Below are positions 9,533 to 20,683 of a stretch of 64,000 bases of DNA, piece by piece. The DNA is from TPA_inf: Saccharomyces. Taxonomy: Eukaryota. Location: assembly GCA_000146045.2 (NCBI GenBank), contig BK006945.2, positions 608,001 through 672,000 on the forward strand. The letters are read 5' to 3'. How positions within the stretch are numbered: position 1 is the first letter of the stretch; each line of letters begins with the position of its first letter. Below the pieces are notes generated by a model that was not told where the DNA came from, did no database searches, and saw only the letters and a program-made list of their open reading frames with translations. Made by a program: the position numbers and the translations under genes.

Positions 9533-12160
9533 ATGTCACTGAACAACATAACATTCTGTGTCTCACAGGATCTGGATGTTCCCCTGAAAGTGAAAATCAA
9601 GTCATTGGAAGGACATAAGCCACTGTTGAAGCCATCTCAAAAAATCCTGAACCCTGAATTAATGCTGATAGGGTCAAATGTATTCCCTTCTAGTGATCTA
9701 ATTGTATCCTTACAGGTATTTGATAAAGAGAGAAACAGAAATTTAACTCTTCCGATATACACGCCGTATATTCCTTTCAGAAACTCTAGAACCTGGGATT
9801 ATTGGTTGACTTTGCCCATACGTATCAAACAGCTTACCTTTAGCAGTCATTTACGCATTATTTTGTGGGAATACAATGGATCCAAGCAAATTCCCTTTTT
9901 CAATCTAGAAACGAGCATCTTTAACTTAAAAGACTGTACTTTAAAAAGAGGGTTTGAATCCTTAAAATTTCGTTATGATGTGATTGACCACTGTGAAGTG
10001 GTCACTGATAACAAAGATCAAGAAAATTTGAATAAATATTTTCAGGGTGAATTCACGAGACTCCCTTGGCTTGACGAAATCACTATAAGCAAATTAAGGA
10101 AACAACGGGAAAATAGGACTTGGCCTCAGGGCACCTTTGTCTTAAACTTAGAATTTCCAATGTTAGAGCTTCCTGTTGTGTTCATCGAAAGGGAAATTAT
10201 GAATACTCAAATGAATATTCCAACTTTGAAGAACAATCCTGGACTAAGCACAGACTTACGAGAACCGAATAGGAATGATCCTCAAATCAAAATTTCTTTG
10301 GGGGACAAATATCACTCCACATTGAAGTTTTACGATCCTGACCAACCAAACAATGATCCAATAGAGGAAAAGTATAGGAGATTGGAAAGAGCATCTAAAA
10401 ATGCAAACTTGGACAAGCAAGTGAAGCCGGACATTAAAAAGAGGGACTACTTGAATAAAATCATCAACTACCCCCCTGGCACTAAATTAACAGCACATGA
10501 AAAGGGTTCAATATGGAAATATAGGTATTATTTGATGAACAATAAAAAAGCTCTTACAAAGTTATTACAGAGTACAAATTTGAGAGAAGAATCGGAAAGA
10601 GTAGAGGTTTTAGAACTAATGGACTCATGGGCAGAAATTGATATAGACGACGCATTAGAACTATTAGGCTCAACTTTTAAAAACCTTTCAGTGAGATCGT
10701 ACGCCGTAAATAGGCTGAAGAAGGCATCAGACAAGGAGCTGGAATTGTACTTATTACAGTTGGTAGAAGCTGTCTGTTTTGAGAACCTGTCCACTTTTTC
10801 CGACAAATCTAACAGTGAATTCACTATTGTGGATGCCGTATCTTCGCAAAAGCTTTCGGGTGATTCTATGTTACTATCTACATCGCATGCCAACCAAAAA
10901 TTATTAAAGTCCATCTCGAGTGAATCGGAAACTTCCGGGACAGAATCGCTACCAATCGTCATTTCTCCCTTGGCTGAGTTTTTGATTAGGAGAGCACTGG
11001 TCAACCCAAGGTTAGGAAGTTTTTTCTATTGGTATTTAAAGTCCGAGTCTGAGGACAAGCCATATTTAGACCAGATTTTAAGTTCCTTTTGGAGTAGACT
11101 GGATAAAAAATCTCGGAATATACTGAACGATCAAGTCAGGCTAATAAATGTGCTCAGGGAATGTTGTGAAACAATTAAGAGGCTGAAAGATACTACAGCC
11201 AAAAAGATGGAATTACTAGTGCATTTATTGGAGACGAAAGTCAGGCCTCTTGTCAAAGTACGACCAATTGCTTTACCACTAGACCCTGATGTGTTGATAT
11301 GCGACGTTTGTCCTGAAACTTCGAAGGTATTTAAAAGCTCTTTATCGCCACTAAAAATAACATTCAAAACGACCTTAAACCAACCATATCACTTAATGTT
11401 TAAGGTTGGCGATGATTTGAGACAAGATCAACTGGTAGTACAGATCATAAGTTTAATGAATGAGTTATTAAAAAATGAAAACGTGGACTTGAAATTGACA
11501 CCATACAAAATTTTGGCAACAGGACCACAAGAAGGTGCCATTGAATTTATCCCTAATGACACATTAGCTAGCATACTAAGCAAATATCACGGTATTCTTG
11601 GCTACCTTAAACTCCACTATCCTGATGAGAACGCGACATTAGGCGTACAAGGCTGGGTTTTAGATAATTTTGTCAAATCTTGTGCTGGCTATTGTGTTAT
11701 TACATACATCTTAGGTGTCGGCGATAGGCATTTAGACAACTTACTAGTCACGCCAGATGGGCACTTTTTTCACGCAGACTTTGGTTATATCTTGGGTCAG
11801 GACCCCAAACCTTTTCCGCCATTAATGAAATTGCCCCCTCAAATTATAGAGGCGTTTGGGGGTGCAGAATCATCAAATTATGATAAATTTCGCAGCTACT
11901 GTTTTGTGGCATATTCGATTTTAAGAAGGAATGCAGGCTTAATCTTAAACCTGTTTGAATTAATGAAGACTTCGAACATACCTGATATCAGAATAGATCC
12001 CAATGGTGCTATATTACGTGTAAGAGAGAGATTTAATTTGAATATGTCCGAAGAAGATGCCACAGTGCATTTTCAGAATCTAATCAATGATAGTGTAAAT
12101 GCTTTGCTGCCTATCGTGATTGATCATTTACATAATCTGGCACAATACTGGCGGACCTGA
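9533..12160 (+). CDS. VPS34: Class III phosphatidylinositol 3-kinase
   Basis: 875 aa; C2, helical and PI3K catalytic domains (GVGDRHLDNLL, DFGYILG); matches Vps34. Confidence 0.95.
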   Translation: MSLNNITFCVSQDLDVPLKVKIKSLEGHKPLLKPSQKILNPELMLIGSNVFPSSDLIVSLQVFDKERNRNLTLPIYTPYIPFRNSRTWDYWLTLPIRIKQLTFSSHLRIILWEYNGSKQIPFFNLETSIFNLKDCTLKRGFESLKFRYDVIDHCEVVTDNKDQENLNKYFQGEFTRLPWLDEITISKLRKQRENRTWPQGTFVLNLEFPMLELPVVFIEREIMNTQMNIPTLKNNPGLSTDLREPNRNDPQIKISLGDKYHSTLKFYDPDQPNNDPIEEKYRRLERASKNANLDKQVKPDIKKRDYLNKIINYPPGTKLTAHEKGSIWKYRYYLMNNKKALTKLLQSTNLREESERVEVLELMDSWAEIDIDDALELLGSTFKNLSVRSYAVNRLKKASDKELELYLLQLVEAVCFENLSTFSDKSNSEFTIVDAVSSQKLSGDSMLLSTSHANQKLLKSISSESETSGTESLPIVISPLAEFLIRRALVNPRLGSFFYWYLKSESEDKPYLDQILSSFWSRLDKKSRNILNDQVRLINVLRECCETIKRLKDTTAKKMELLVHLLETKVRPLVKVRPIALPLDPDVLICDVCPETSKVFKSSLSPLKITFKTTLNQPYHLMFKVGDDLRQDQLVVQIISLMNELLKNENVDLKLTPYKILATGPQEGAIEFIPNDTLASILSKYHGILGYLKLHYPDENATLGVQGWVLDNFVKSCAGYCVITYILGVGDRHLDNLLVTPDGHFFHADFGYILGQDPKPFPPLMKLPPQIIEAFGGAESSNYDKFRSYCFVAYSILRRNAGLILNLFELMKTSNIPDIRIDPNGAILRVRERFNLNMSEEDATVHFQNLINDSVNALLPIVIDHLHNLAQYWRT

Positions 12161-12472
12161 TTGGTTGATAATTGGTGCTTCAAAATTTAAATTTCGTCAC
12201 TCTAATTATACTTAACATATAAATGGTACCTTCAATATATCTTCTTAGTAAAAAGTAGCATGATTTTGTGTTAATTTGCACTTTTTTTATTTAAAAATAA
12301 AAATCACAGTTAATTTTTCATGATCTTGCAAAGACACGCCTCCCCCTAATGTGGCATATATAACAATTGTGAATCAGAAAAACTCAACACTTTAACATAA
12401 TGGCGGGCACGAAGGCTAAACAAACAAGATTAGCATTGAATGCCTTTTTTGGGTACAATAGAACAGTACTGA

Positions 12473-14821
12473 ATGACATCATATATCGAAAGGCTCAAGT
12501 CGGCAGCATCGTATCTTGATACAGTTCCAGATGAGCATCATGATTTCAGAAAACCCACCGCCAAGGTTGTAACGACGCAACTGACTATTGCTACTTCACT
12601 AGGTATTTTTGCTTTGCTTTCGTTCTCAATTCTACTAAAAAAGTGGCCTAGATTATACGCAAGCAGACGATATAAAGATGACGGGAACCTTCGCTTACCG
12701 TCCTGGAATCAGTCAAGTTTATTCGGCTGGTTAACAGTGTTGTATAAGATACGGGACGAACAGATTCTGGAATATGCAGGTTTAGATGCGTATGTGTTTT
12801 TGAGTTTTTTCAAAATGTGCATCAAATTACTTTCTATTTTTTGTTTCTTCTCTGTGTGCGTTATATCTCCAGTAAGATATCATTTTACTGGAAAAATTGA
12901 TGACGGCAACGATGATGATGACAGTGAAAGTTCTTTAATACATCTGGTAAAAAGAATTGTGGAGGGAAGTGGCGATGGTGACAATCATTCAGCTCCCGAA
13001 CGTACAAATGTGTACCTCTGGATGTATGTTCTCTTCACATATTTCTTCACCTTCATAGCAATTAAAATGGCAGTTGCGGAAACAAAGCACGTCGTAAGTA
13101 CTAGGCAAGCTTATCTTGGGAAGCAAAATACGATTACTGATAGAACGATAAGGCTCTCAGGCATCCCGATAGAGCTTCGTGATTCGGAAGCCTTAAAGAC
13201 CAGAATTGAACAATTAAAAATCGGCACCGTTTCATCAATCACTATTTGTCGAGAGTGGGGTCCTTTGAACAAGCTATTTCATTGTCGGAAGAAAATACTC
13301 AAAAACCTGGAATTAAAATATTCAGAATGTCCAAGGGAGCTCCGTACTCGACAACCATATTCGGAGAACTATCATTTATTGGGAAACGAGCAATCAGGCG
13401 CAGTTACACATGGAGAAAATGTTCCATCAAGCAATAATAATGACGAGGATACTATACTATATTCTCAAATTTCTCTTGGAGAGAGACCAAAAATGAAAAT
13501 TGGATATCGTGGTATCTTTGGGAAGGAAGTAGATGCCATAGAGTACCTGGAGCAGCAATTAAAATTTATTGATGCTGAAATTATTGAAGCGAGGAAACAA
13601 CACTACTCCGCAACACCTACGGCATTCGTTACGATGGATTCTGTTGCTAATGCGCAAATGGCAGCTCAGGCGGTATTAGATCCTAGAGTACATTACTTCA
13701 TAACCAGATTGGCTCCTGCACCTCACGATATCAAGTGGGATCATGTTTGTCTTTCTAGAAAGGACCGGTTAACAAAAGTTTATTCTACTACCGTATTTAT
13801 AGGCCTTTCAAGTTTGTTTTTAGTCATTCCTGTATCATACTTAGCCACATTGCTAAATTTGAAAACACTTTCGAAATTCTGGCCAAGCGTAGGGCAGCTA
13901 CTAAAAGATCACCAGTGGGCCGCTAACATTGTAACGGGGCTATTACCAACCTATCTCTTCACATTGCTTAACTTTGGAATCCCCTATTTTTACGAGTATT
14001 TGACTTCTTATCAAGGATTGGTATCATACAGCGAAGAGGAAATCTCACTTGTTTCAAAAAATTTCTTTTATATTTTTGTCAACCTTTTCTTAGTTTTCAC
14101 ATTGGCAGGTACAGCATCTAATTACTGGGCGTACCTCAGCGATACCACCAAAATTGCTTATCAACTTGCTACATCTGTGAAGGAGTTCTCCTTATTCTAT
14201 GTCGATTTGATTATATTGCAAGGTATTGGTATGTTCCCGTTTAAGTTGTTATTAGTTGGTAGTTTGATCGGCTTTCCTCTAGTGAAAATCAAGGCTAAGA
14301 CACCTAGGCAACGGAATGAACTTTACAATCCACCGATATTTAACTTTGGACTACAATTACCACAGCCAATTCTGATTTTGATTATAACGTTGATCTACAG
14401 TGTAATGAGCACGAAAATTTTGACTTCAGGGCTGGCGTACTTTATTATTGGGTTTTACGTCTATAAATATCAATTGATTTTTGCCACAGATCATTTGCCC
14501 CATTCTACAGGAAAAGTATGGCCATTAATTTTTAGAAGAATCATCGTTGGATTGCTATTGTTTCAATTAACAATGACAGGAACACTGGCAGGATTCGAAG
14601 GAGGATGGGTTTTGTCATCTTGCCTTTTCCCGCTTCCAGTAGTGACATTATGTTTCCTATATGATTTCGAGAAGAACTATTTGCCGTTGTCAAAATATAT
14701 CGCATTGAGTTCAATTCGCGAGTACGAAAGAGACAATTCTACGGTGAATTCTGCCAATGAGGAAGAGTCGTATGCATACCCTTACGCTGTGAGTGAATTA
14801 GAGGGTCCGATGTTGGATTGA
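12473..14821 (+). CDS. CSC1: Calcium-permeable stress-gated cation channel (OSCA/TMEM63 family)
   Basis: 782-aa polytopic membrane protein; length and position match YLR241W. Confidence 0.9.
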
Positions 14822-14917
14822 AATCCCAAGGTGCTATTTCTATATTTATATATTTTGTTGTGAAAATGCCAAAATAAGATTTTTGATACAAGTAATACTG
14901 GATATTTTTTTATTTGC

Positions 14918-15883
14918 TTATAACAATAAATAAGTTCCTGACTTCTGTAGTAGTAGTATAAACTCCTGATGTATTAAATTCTTAATAACTGAAAAGTTAA
15001 ACTTTGCCACGAAAACTATAAGTATTGGCTTAACCATGAAATATCGTAATAAAGACACACTTATAAAAATCTTTATGATATTCCAATAGGAAAGATTAGT
15101 TACAATCTTCAACGATTCAATAATATAGAGATTAGCTACCCACTTAATGATACTCATCGAAATTAGAGTATCATAAGGCCATATCAACATCAATATCGGA
15201 AAAATTTTGGCACCGTACGATAATAAGATCGTATATGATATGACATCCTTTGAAGAAACGGAATAGTGCTTCCAATGCAACTTTTTCAGTATGAAATACT
15301 GGGTAAAGGTGTGGAATAAAGAAACGTCAAGAATACAATAACTTGCAAAGTAAAGATATTGTATTGGTGGGCTCCAGGTAAACACTTTACTTGTAATGGT
15401 ATTGCGCATGATTGCCGAGTCCCATTTGAAGCTCTCTGGTAATTTTTTTGAAAGCATGATGAGCTTACCATCATTATTGTTACGGTTCAAATAGTAGATG
15501 TATTTACTCTCCTCAGTAACCCAAGTTAAATAAATCTCGAATGATAATAGTAGAAGCCAAAGGCGATTTAACCGGTCATATTTACAAAACCAGTTCTTTA
15601 CGTTAAATAACAAAGCTTGCGTATAGTCACGCAAACACTGGCAATCATTTAGCGCTTTTCTTTTCGGATATTTTGAGAGATGCAATTCCAAAGCATTGAA
15701 TACCAAGTGTCTATATGCACCTGCTTTTAATAGAAGCAAATCAATGAATAACAGGACATTATCTATCTCAACATATTTGTCTACTGTCTCTTGGCAATAT
15801 GGACAATCTGTCAGCTGAATGTGGTCATTCGAGTACACTGTATAAAGGGAATCTACGGGCCGCATGCACGTTATGCAAATCAT
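14918..15883 (-). CDS. ARV1: ARV1 lipid-homeostasis protein with N-terminal zinc-ribbon (AHD) and TM segments
   Basis: 321 aa, MICITCMRPVDSLYTVYSNDHIQLTDCPYCQ zinc-ribbon N-terminus; matches YLR242C. Confidence 0.9.
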   Translation of the reverse strand: MICITCMRPVDSLYTVYSNDHIQLTDCPYCQETVDKYVEIDNVLLFIDLLLLKAGAYRHLVFNALELHLSKYPKRKALNDCQCLRDYTQALLFNVKNWFCKYDRLNRLWLLLLSFEIYLTWVTEESKYIYYLNRNNNDGKLIMLSKKLPESFKWDSAIMRNTITSKVFTWSPPIQYLYFASYCILDVSLFHTFTQYFILKKLHWKHYSVSSKDVISYTILLSYGAKIFPILMLIWPYDTLISMSIIKWVANLYIIESLKIVTNLSYWNIIKIFISVSLLRYFMVKPILIVFVAKFNFSVIKNLIHQEFILLLQKSGTYLLL

Positions 15884-16202
15884 CGTTTATCACAGCTAAT
15901 ATCTACTTTTTGATGCGCTTCATCCGTTCACTGACGCACCAAACCTTCCTTCTATGCAATGACAAGAATTTCTCAGCTTGATTTATGCCATTGATGTTTC
16001 TGAATCATCAATTGTTCACATAGGGCTATTCAATTTGGCCCGCTGTCCCTAAACTGAAAAAATACTAAGAAAAATTTTGCAAAAAATCTAAAATGATGAG
16101 GTGAAAGATCAAAAAAGAAAGATCAATAATTAAGAGGTTGGCAAGTCATCCTGATCGTGAAAAAAACTTAACAAGTACAAATAGAGTAATCAGCATTGGA
16201 AA

Positions 16203-17021
16203 ATGTCTCGCGTTGGTGTCATGGTATTAGGACCTGCAGGTGCGGGGAAAAGCACATTTTGTAATTCCATTATATCACATATGCAAACTGTAGGACGAAG
16301 AGCTCATATTGTAAATTTAGACCCTGCCGCAGAAGCTACCAAGTATGAATTTACTATTGACATTAGAGATTTAATTTCCTTAGATGATGTCATGGAAGAA
16401 ATGGATTTGGGCCCCAATGGTGCGCTAATATATTGCTTCGAATATCTTTTGAAAAATCTAGACTGGCTTGACGAAGAGATCGGGGATTTCAACGATGAAT
16501 ATTTAATCTTTGACTGTCCCGGTCAAATTGAACTCTACACGCATATCCCTGTCTTACCGAACATAGTGCGCCATTTAACTCAACAACTGAATTTCAACCT
16601 TTGCGCCACATATCTTTTGGAAGCGCCATTTGTGATAGATAGCTCAAAATTTTTTAGCGGTGCACTATCTGCTATGTCTGCGATGATTCTATTGGAACTA
16701 CCCCATATCAATGTGTTGAGCAAACTAGACTTGATAAAAGGCGACATCAATAAGAAAAAACTGAAAAGATTTTTGAATCCCGATGCAATGTTATTAATGG
16801 AAACGGAAGGAATGAATCAAGCATCCAACCCTAAATTTCTAAGACTGAACCAGTGCATAGCCAACCTCGTCGATGATTTCGGTATGGTTCAATTTTTACC
16901 TTTGGAATCTAATAATCCTGACAGTATAGAAACCATATTATCGTATGTCGATGATATAACACAATGGGCAGAAGGACAAGAACAGAAAGAGCCTAACGAC
17001 CAAATAGATGTCGAAGAATAG
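16203..17021 (+). CDS. GPN3: GPN-loop GTPase 3
   Basis: 272 aa with P-loop GPAGAGKST and a GPNG motif; matches YLR243W. Confidence 0.9.
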   Translation: MSRVGVMVLGPAGAGKSTFCNSIISHMQTVGRRAHIVNLDPAAEATKYEFTIDIRDLISLDDVMEEMDLGPNGALIYCFEYLLKNLDWLDEEIGDFNDEYLIFDCPGQIELYTHIPVLPNIVRHLTQQLNFNLCATYLLEAPFVIDSSKFFSGALSAMSAMILLELPHINVLSKLDLIKGDINKKKLKRFLNPDAMLLMETEGMNQASNPKFLRLNQCIANLVDDFGMVQFLPLESNNPDSIETILSYVDDITQWAEGQEQKEPNDQIDVEE

Positions 17022-17167
17022 TTATAGAGAAAATTATGTACGCTTGATTCATATAAAAAGAGGTAAAAAAAAAAAATAGCTTCTCATAATAACCAATTCG
17101 GACTCGGGAAAGTACAAGTTCAAGTTTTTTATTGGTTTCTATATGTATAAGATAAAAATACCTAGAT

Positions 17168-18331
17168 CTATTTAATTCTCTGTCTTGGGCCACCTGGTGA
17201 TTTCTTATTCCTGGCTGTTAGGATTTCAACACCATGTTCGGTAACCAACAGTGTATGTTCAAATTGAGCACTCAGTTTACCGTCTTGGGTGGTAGAAGTC
17301 CAGTCATCAGGCCAGGTCATATCCTTCCAAGTACCTTCATTAATCATAGGTTCGATGGTGAAAACCATACCTGGTTTCATAACACCAGGTGTTCTATTCT
17401 TGGCGTAGTGGGGAATATTTGGGGAACAATGGAAAAATTCACCAACACCATGTCCACAATAAGTTCTTACTACACTGCACTTATTTTCGGTAGCGTGTTT
17501 TTCAATATGATCACCTAACTCTTGGAAGGTGGTACCTGGCTTACACATTTTAATGGCTAGTTTCAAACATTCTCTTGAGGTCTCAGTAGTATTAAGAGCT
17601 TCCTTAGAAATGTTTTCGCCGACATAATATGTCTCATTCAAGTCTGCATGATAACCTTGGTAGTATAAGGAAACATCTAAATTGACAATATCACCTTCCT
17701 TCAAGACAGTTTTATCGGGCACACCGTGACAAATAACTTCATTGACAGAGGTACAAAGCGATTTAGGAAAGTTGTAATAATTAAGAGGGGAAGGGTAGGC
17801 ACCTCTCTTAATTGTTTCATTGTGGACGATTTCATCTAATTCATCTGTAGTGATGCCTGGTCTGACATGGGCAGCGGCAATATCAAGAACTTCTCTACCC
17901 AACATACATGCCTTTCTAATCTTCTTAATTTGATCTTTCTTGTATATAGGGATGTTGTTAAGTCTATCATTTCTTTGTTCACTGACTGGTAGCCCATTAG
18001 CGGCCCAGTCCGGTTTAGGAATATCTTCAGGGACATACCTTCTTGGGGTAAGTGGATATGAAGCCTTCACTTTACCAGAATATTTGAATTTTGGGAAAGG
18101 ATCATAAGCACCTTCCAAGCCGTCCTTAGCATTGTGCAAAGCTTTGTGAGCTTTGTAGTTGTTTTCATAACAGCTTGTGTCGCAGAAAATGGAAACGATG
18201 CCTTGTTTTAGACAAACAGGGCATTTCATTTGGGACGAAGTTTCTCTACCACATTGCAAACCGGAGCAATATATCTTGGTAGGATGAGAAGCCTGATCGG
18301 AGGTAGTAACTGTTGTAGTTGCAGTGCTCAT
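17168..18331 (-). CDS. MAP1: Methionine aminopeptidase 1 with N-terminal zinc-finger domain
   Basis: 387 aa; N-terminal Cys/His zinc fingers followed by a pita-bread MetAP fold; matches YLR244C. Confidence 0.95.
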   Translation of the reverse strand: MSTATTTVTTSDQASHPTKIYCSGLQCGRETSSQMKCPVCLKQGIVSIFCDTSCYENNYKAHKALHNAKDGLEGAYDPFPKFKYSGKVKASYPLTPRRYVPEDIPKPDWAANGLPVSEQRNDRLNNIPIYKKDQIKKIRKACMLGREVLDIAAAHVRPGITTDELDEIVHNETIKRGAYPSPLNYYNFPKSLCTSVNEVICHGVPDKTVLKEGDIVNLDVSLYYQGYHADLNETYYVGENISKEALNTTETSRECLKLAIKMCKPGTTFQELGDHIEKHATENKCSVVRTYCGHGVGEFFHCSPNIPHYAKNRTPGVMKPGMVFTIEPMINEGTWKDMTWPDDWTSTTQDGKLSAQFEHTLLVTEHGVEILTARNKKSPGGPRQRIK

Positions 18332-18501
18332 TATACAATTTTTTTGCTTATTTTTTTCTTGCTAGGAATATACACAATAGCGTTCTTGGGATGAATAATA
18401 ATAATATCAGTTTTTCTTCTTTATATGAAAAATGAAAAAAAAAAAAAATAAGTAAAAAATTTTCGCTTTCTTTTCGGGGAGCAGCCAAATAAAGATTGCT
18501 G

Positions 18502-18930
18502 CTAGTTTAAATGAGATGGACCAAAAGCCATGGGCAGCAGTTCTCCCATTGTCATGACTTTAGAACGAGAACCTGTGGAATTAAGCATGACTATTGGAAA
18601 GTCCTTGACCACAAATTCATTGATAAACTGCCTGCAAACGCCGCAAGGGGAAACACACTGGTCCTCAGAATCGCCACAAATGACCATGCATTTCCATCCT
18701 GAGCGATGGCCTGCCATTAGAACTTGTATCATAGCAGATCGTTCTGCACATATACAATTACTGTAGCTTGCATTCTCGACATTAGCACCAGTGAAGATAA
18801 CATCGTTATTTGTTAATATGGAACAACCGACACGGAAGTGAGAATAGGGGCTATAGGAGAGTTCACACGCCTTCAGTGCCGCCCTTTTTAAGGCTTCCAG
18901 TTGTCTGTCTTCTATGCCACCTACTTTCAT
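18502..18930 (-). CDS. CDD1: Cytidine deaminase
   Basis: 142 aa with zinc-binding CAER...PCGVCRQ motifs; matches YLR245C. Confidence 0.9.
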
Positions 18931-19117
18931 TACCTTATTTCTCTGCTTGAGATTCTCTGTTTGGTTTTCCTAGTTTCTTGTACATAAACAGTTTGTGTTT
19001 ATTTTGTCAAACTACTCGGAAATTGGCGAGCAGCGCCTTATCAAGATTACAGTTTGCAAATATAAAAATGTAAAGGAAAGAAAGCGTAAGGTAACAAGAA
19101 GAGAAACGGGGAAGATA

Positions 19118-20197
19118 ATGGCCTTGGTCTCTAGAAGGTCGACAAGATCGGAAAGCACCTCAATAACAAAGGAAGAGCATACAGGAGAAGGTTCATTGAC
19201 GAAGTTGTTCTTCCGATGGCTTGTTACCTTGGAGGGTGATCAGGATATAAACGATGGAAAAGGTTATATATCGTTACCGAATGTCTCGAATTATATATTC
19301 TTCCTTGGTGGCAGGTTCAGGACAGTAAAGGGCGCCAAACCGTTGTGGTTAGGTGTTCTCCTTGCTATTGTATGTCCCATGGTTCTCTTCTCCATATTTG
19401 AGGCTCACAAATTGTGGCATACCCAAAATGGTTATAAAGTGCTGGTCATTTTCTTCTATTATTTTTGGGTCATAACGCTAGCATCCTTTATCAGAACAGC
19501 CACTAGTGATCCTGGCGTTCTTCCGAGAAATATTCATTTAAGTCAACTAAGAAATAATTATCAGATCCCGCAAGAATATTACAACTTGATAACACTACCA
19601 ACACATTCTTCAATTTCAAAAGACATTACTATCAAGTATTGTCCATCATGTAGGATATGGAGACCACCTCGGTCTTCTCACTGTTCCACATGTAACGTCT
19701 GCGTAATGGTTCATGACCACCATTGCATATGGGTCAATAATTGCATAGGAAAAAGGAACTACCGGTTCTTTTTAATATTCCTGTTAGGTGCAATACTTTC
19801 GTCCGTCATATTATTAACTAATTGTGCCATCCATATTGCACGGGAATCAGGGGGGCCTCGCGATTGTCCCGTTGCAATATTGTTACTTTGCTATGCAGGG
19901 CTAACCTTATGGTATCCGGCAATACTGTTTACTTATCACATATTTATGGCAGGTAATCAGCAAACAACAAGGGAATTTTTGAAAGGTATTGGATCGAAAA
20001 AAAACCCTGTATTCCATCGTGTGGTCAAGGAGGAAAACATATATAATAAGGGGTCCTTTTTGAAAAATATGGGTCACTTGATGTTAGAACCAAGGGGCCC
20101 AAGCTTTGTAAGTGCCAGAAAGCCACATGAAGCTGGAGATTGGAGATTTATGGATTTATCGCCAGCACACAGCTTTGAAAAAATACAGAAAATATAA
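19118..20197 (+). CDS. ERF2: DHHC-CRD palmitoyltransferase subunit (Ras palmitoylation)
   Basis: DHHC motif (HDHHCIWVNNCIG) and 4 TM segments; the track ORF begins at GTG 18995, the first ATG at 19118 gives the expected 359 aa. Confidence 0.85.
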   Translation: MALVSRRSTRSESTSITKEEHTGEGSLTKLFFRWLVTLEGDQDINDGKGYISLPNVSNYIFFLGGRFRTVKGAKPLWLGVLLAIVCPMVLFSIFEAHKLWHTQNGYKVLVIFFYYFWVITLASFIRTATSDPGVLPRNIHLSQLRNNYQIPQEYYNLITLPTHSSISKDITIKYCPSCRIWRPPRSSHCSTCNVCVMVHDHHCIWVNNCIGKRNYRFFLIFLLGAILSSVILLTNCAIHIARESGGPRDCPVAILLLCYAGLTLWYPAILFTYHIFMAGNQQTTREFLKGIGSKKNPVFHRVVKEENIYNKGSFLKNMGHLMLEPRGPSFVSARKPHEAGDWRFMDLSPAHSFEKIQKI

Positions 20198-20382
20198 GGA
20201 AGTATAGATATAAAGAACTCAGCGACACAGTAGTACGTAAAATATAAAAAGGTTACTGAAAGGAGTGAATTCCGCCATAGTATAGGTTGAGTATACGCAA
20301 ATAAACGTTGGAAATTGGCTAGAATGTTAAAAAAAACATTCATTAAAAGGTTCTTTTCGTATAACTTTTACAACAAATAAGT

Positions 20383-20497
20383 GGTTGTTTGGCCGAGCGG
20401 TCTAAGGCGCCTGATTCAAGAAAATATCTTGACTGCAGTTAACTGTAGGAATACTCAGGTATCGTAAGATGCAAGAGTTCGAATCTCTTAGCAACCA
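20383..20497 (+). tRNA. tRNA-Leu(CAA) gene with a ~32-33 nt intron 3' of the anticodon (intron approx 20421-20453)
   Basis: GGTTGTTTGGCCGAGCGGTCTAAGGCGCCTGATTCAAG...CAGGTATCGTAAGATGCAAGAGTTCGAATCTCTTAGCAACCA matches the tRNA-Leu3 cloverleaf with D-loop, long variable arm, T-loop GTTCGAATC and acceptor stem GGTTGTT/AGCAACC; T5 terminator at 20501-20505. Confidence 0.9.
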
Positions 20498-20500
20498 TTA

Positions 20501-20505
20501 TTTTT
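20501..20505 (+). terminator. Pol III terminator T-run for tRNA-Leu
   Basis: TTTTT three nt after the tRNA 3' end. Confidence 0.7.
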
Positions 20506-20683
20506 GCCTTCCGAAAATTTTGAAGCTACATATTAGCACTCTTCTTCAGATGTCAGACAACGTGCAGCATCTTTTTTTCCTACCATTGAATATATATATA
20601 GTAATTACGGCAACCGTTTATATAAAAATTCAAAAGATTAAATATTTTAATATATTAGTGTCTGGTTTAAAAGTCATACTTCT

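Noticed and set aside
18995-19117. Apparent N-terminal extensions in the ORF track for ERF2, and likewise for THI7 (4352), SSP120 (32311) and HSP60 (57083)
   Set aside because: I checked the underlying bases. These track starts are GTG or TTG, not ATG: 18995 GTG, 4352 TTG, 32311 GTG, 57083 GTG. The ORF caller evidently allows alternative starts. The first ATGs give the known protein lengths, and for HSP60 the ATG start places the mitochondrial presequence at the N-terminus.
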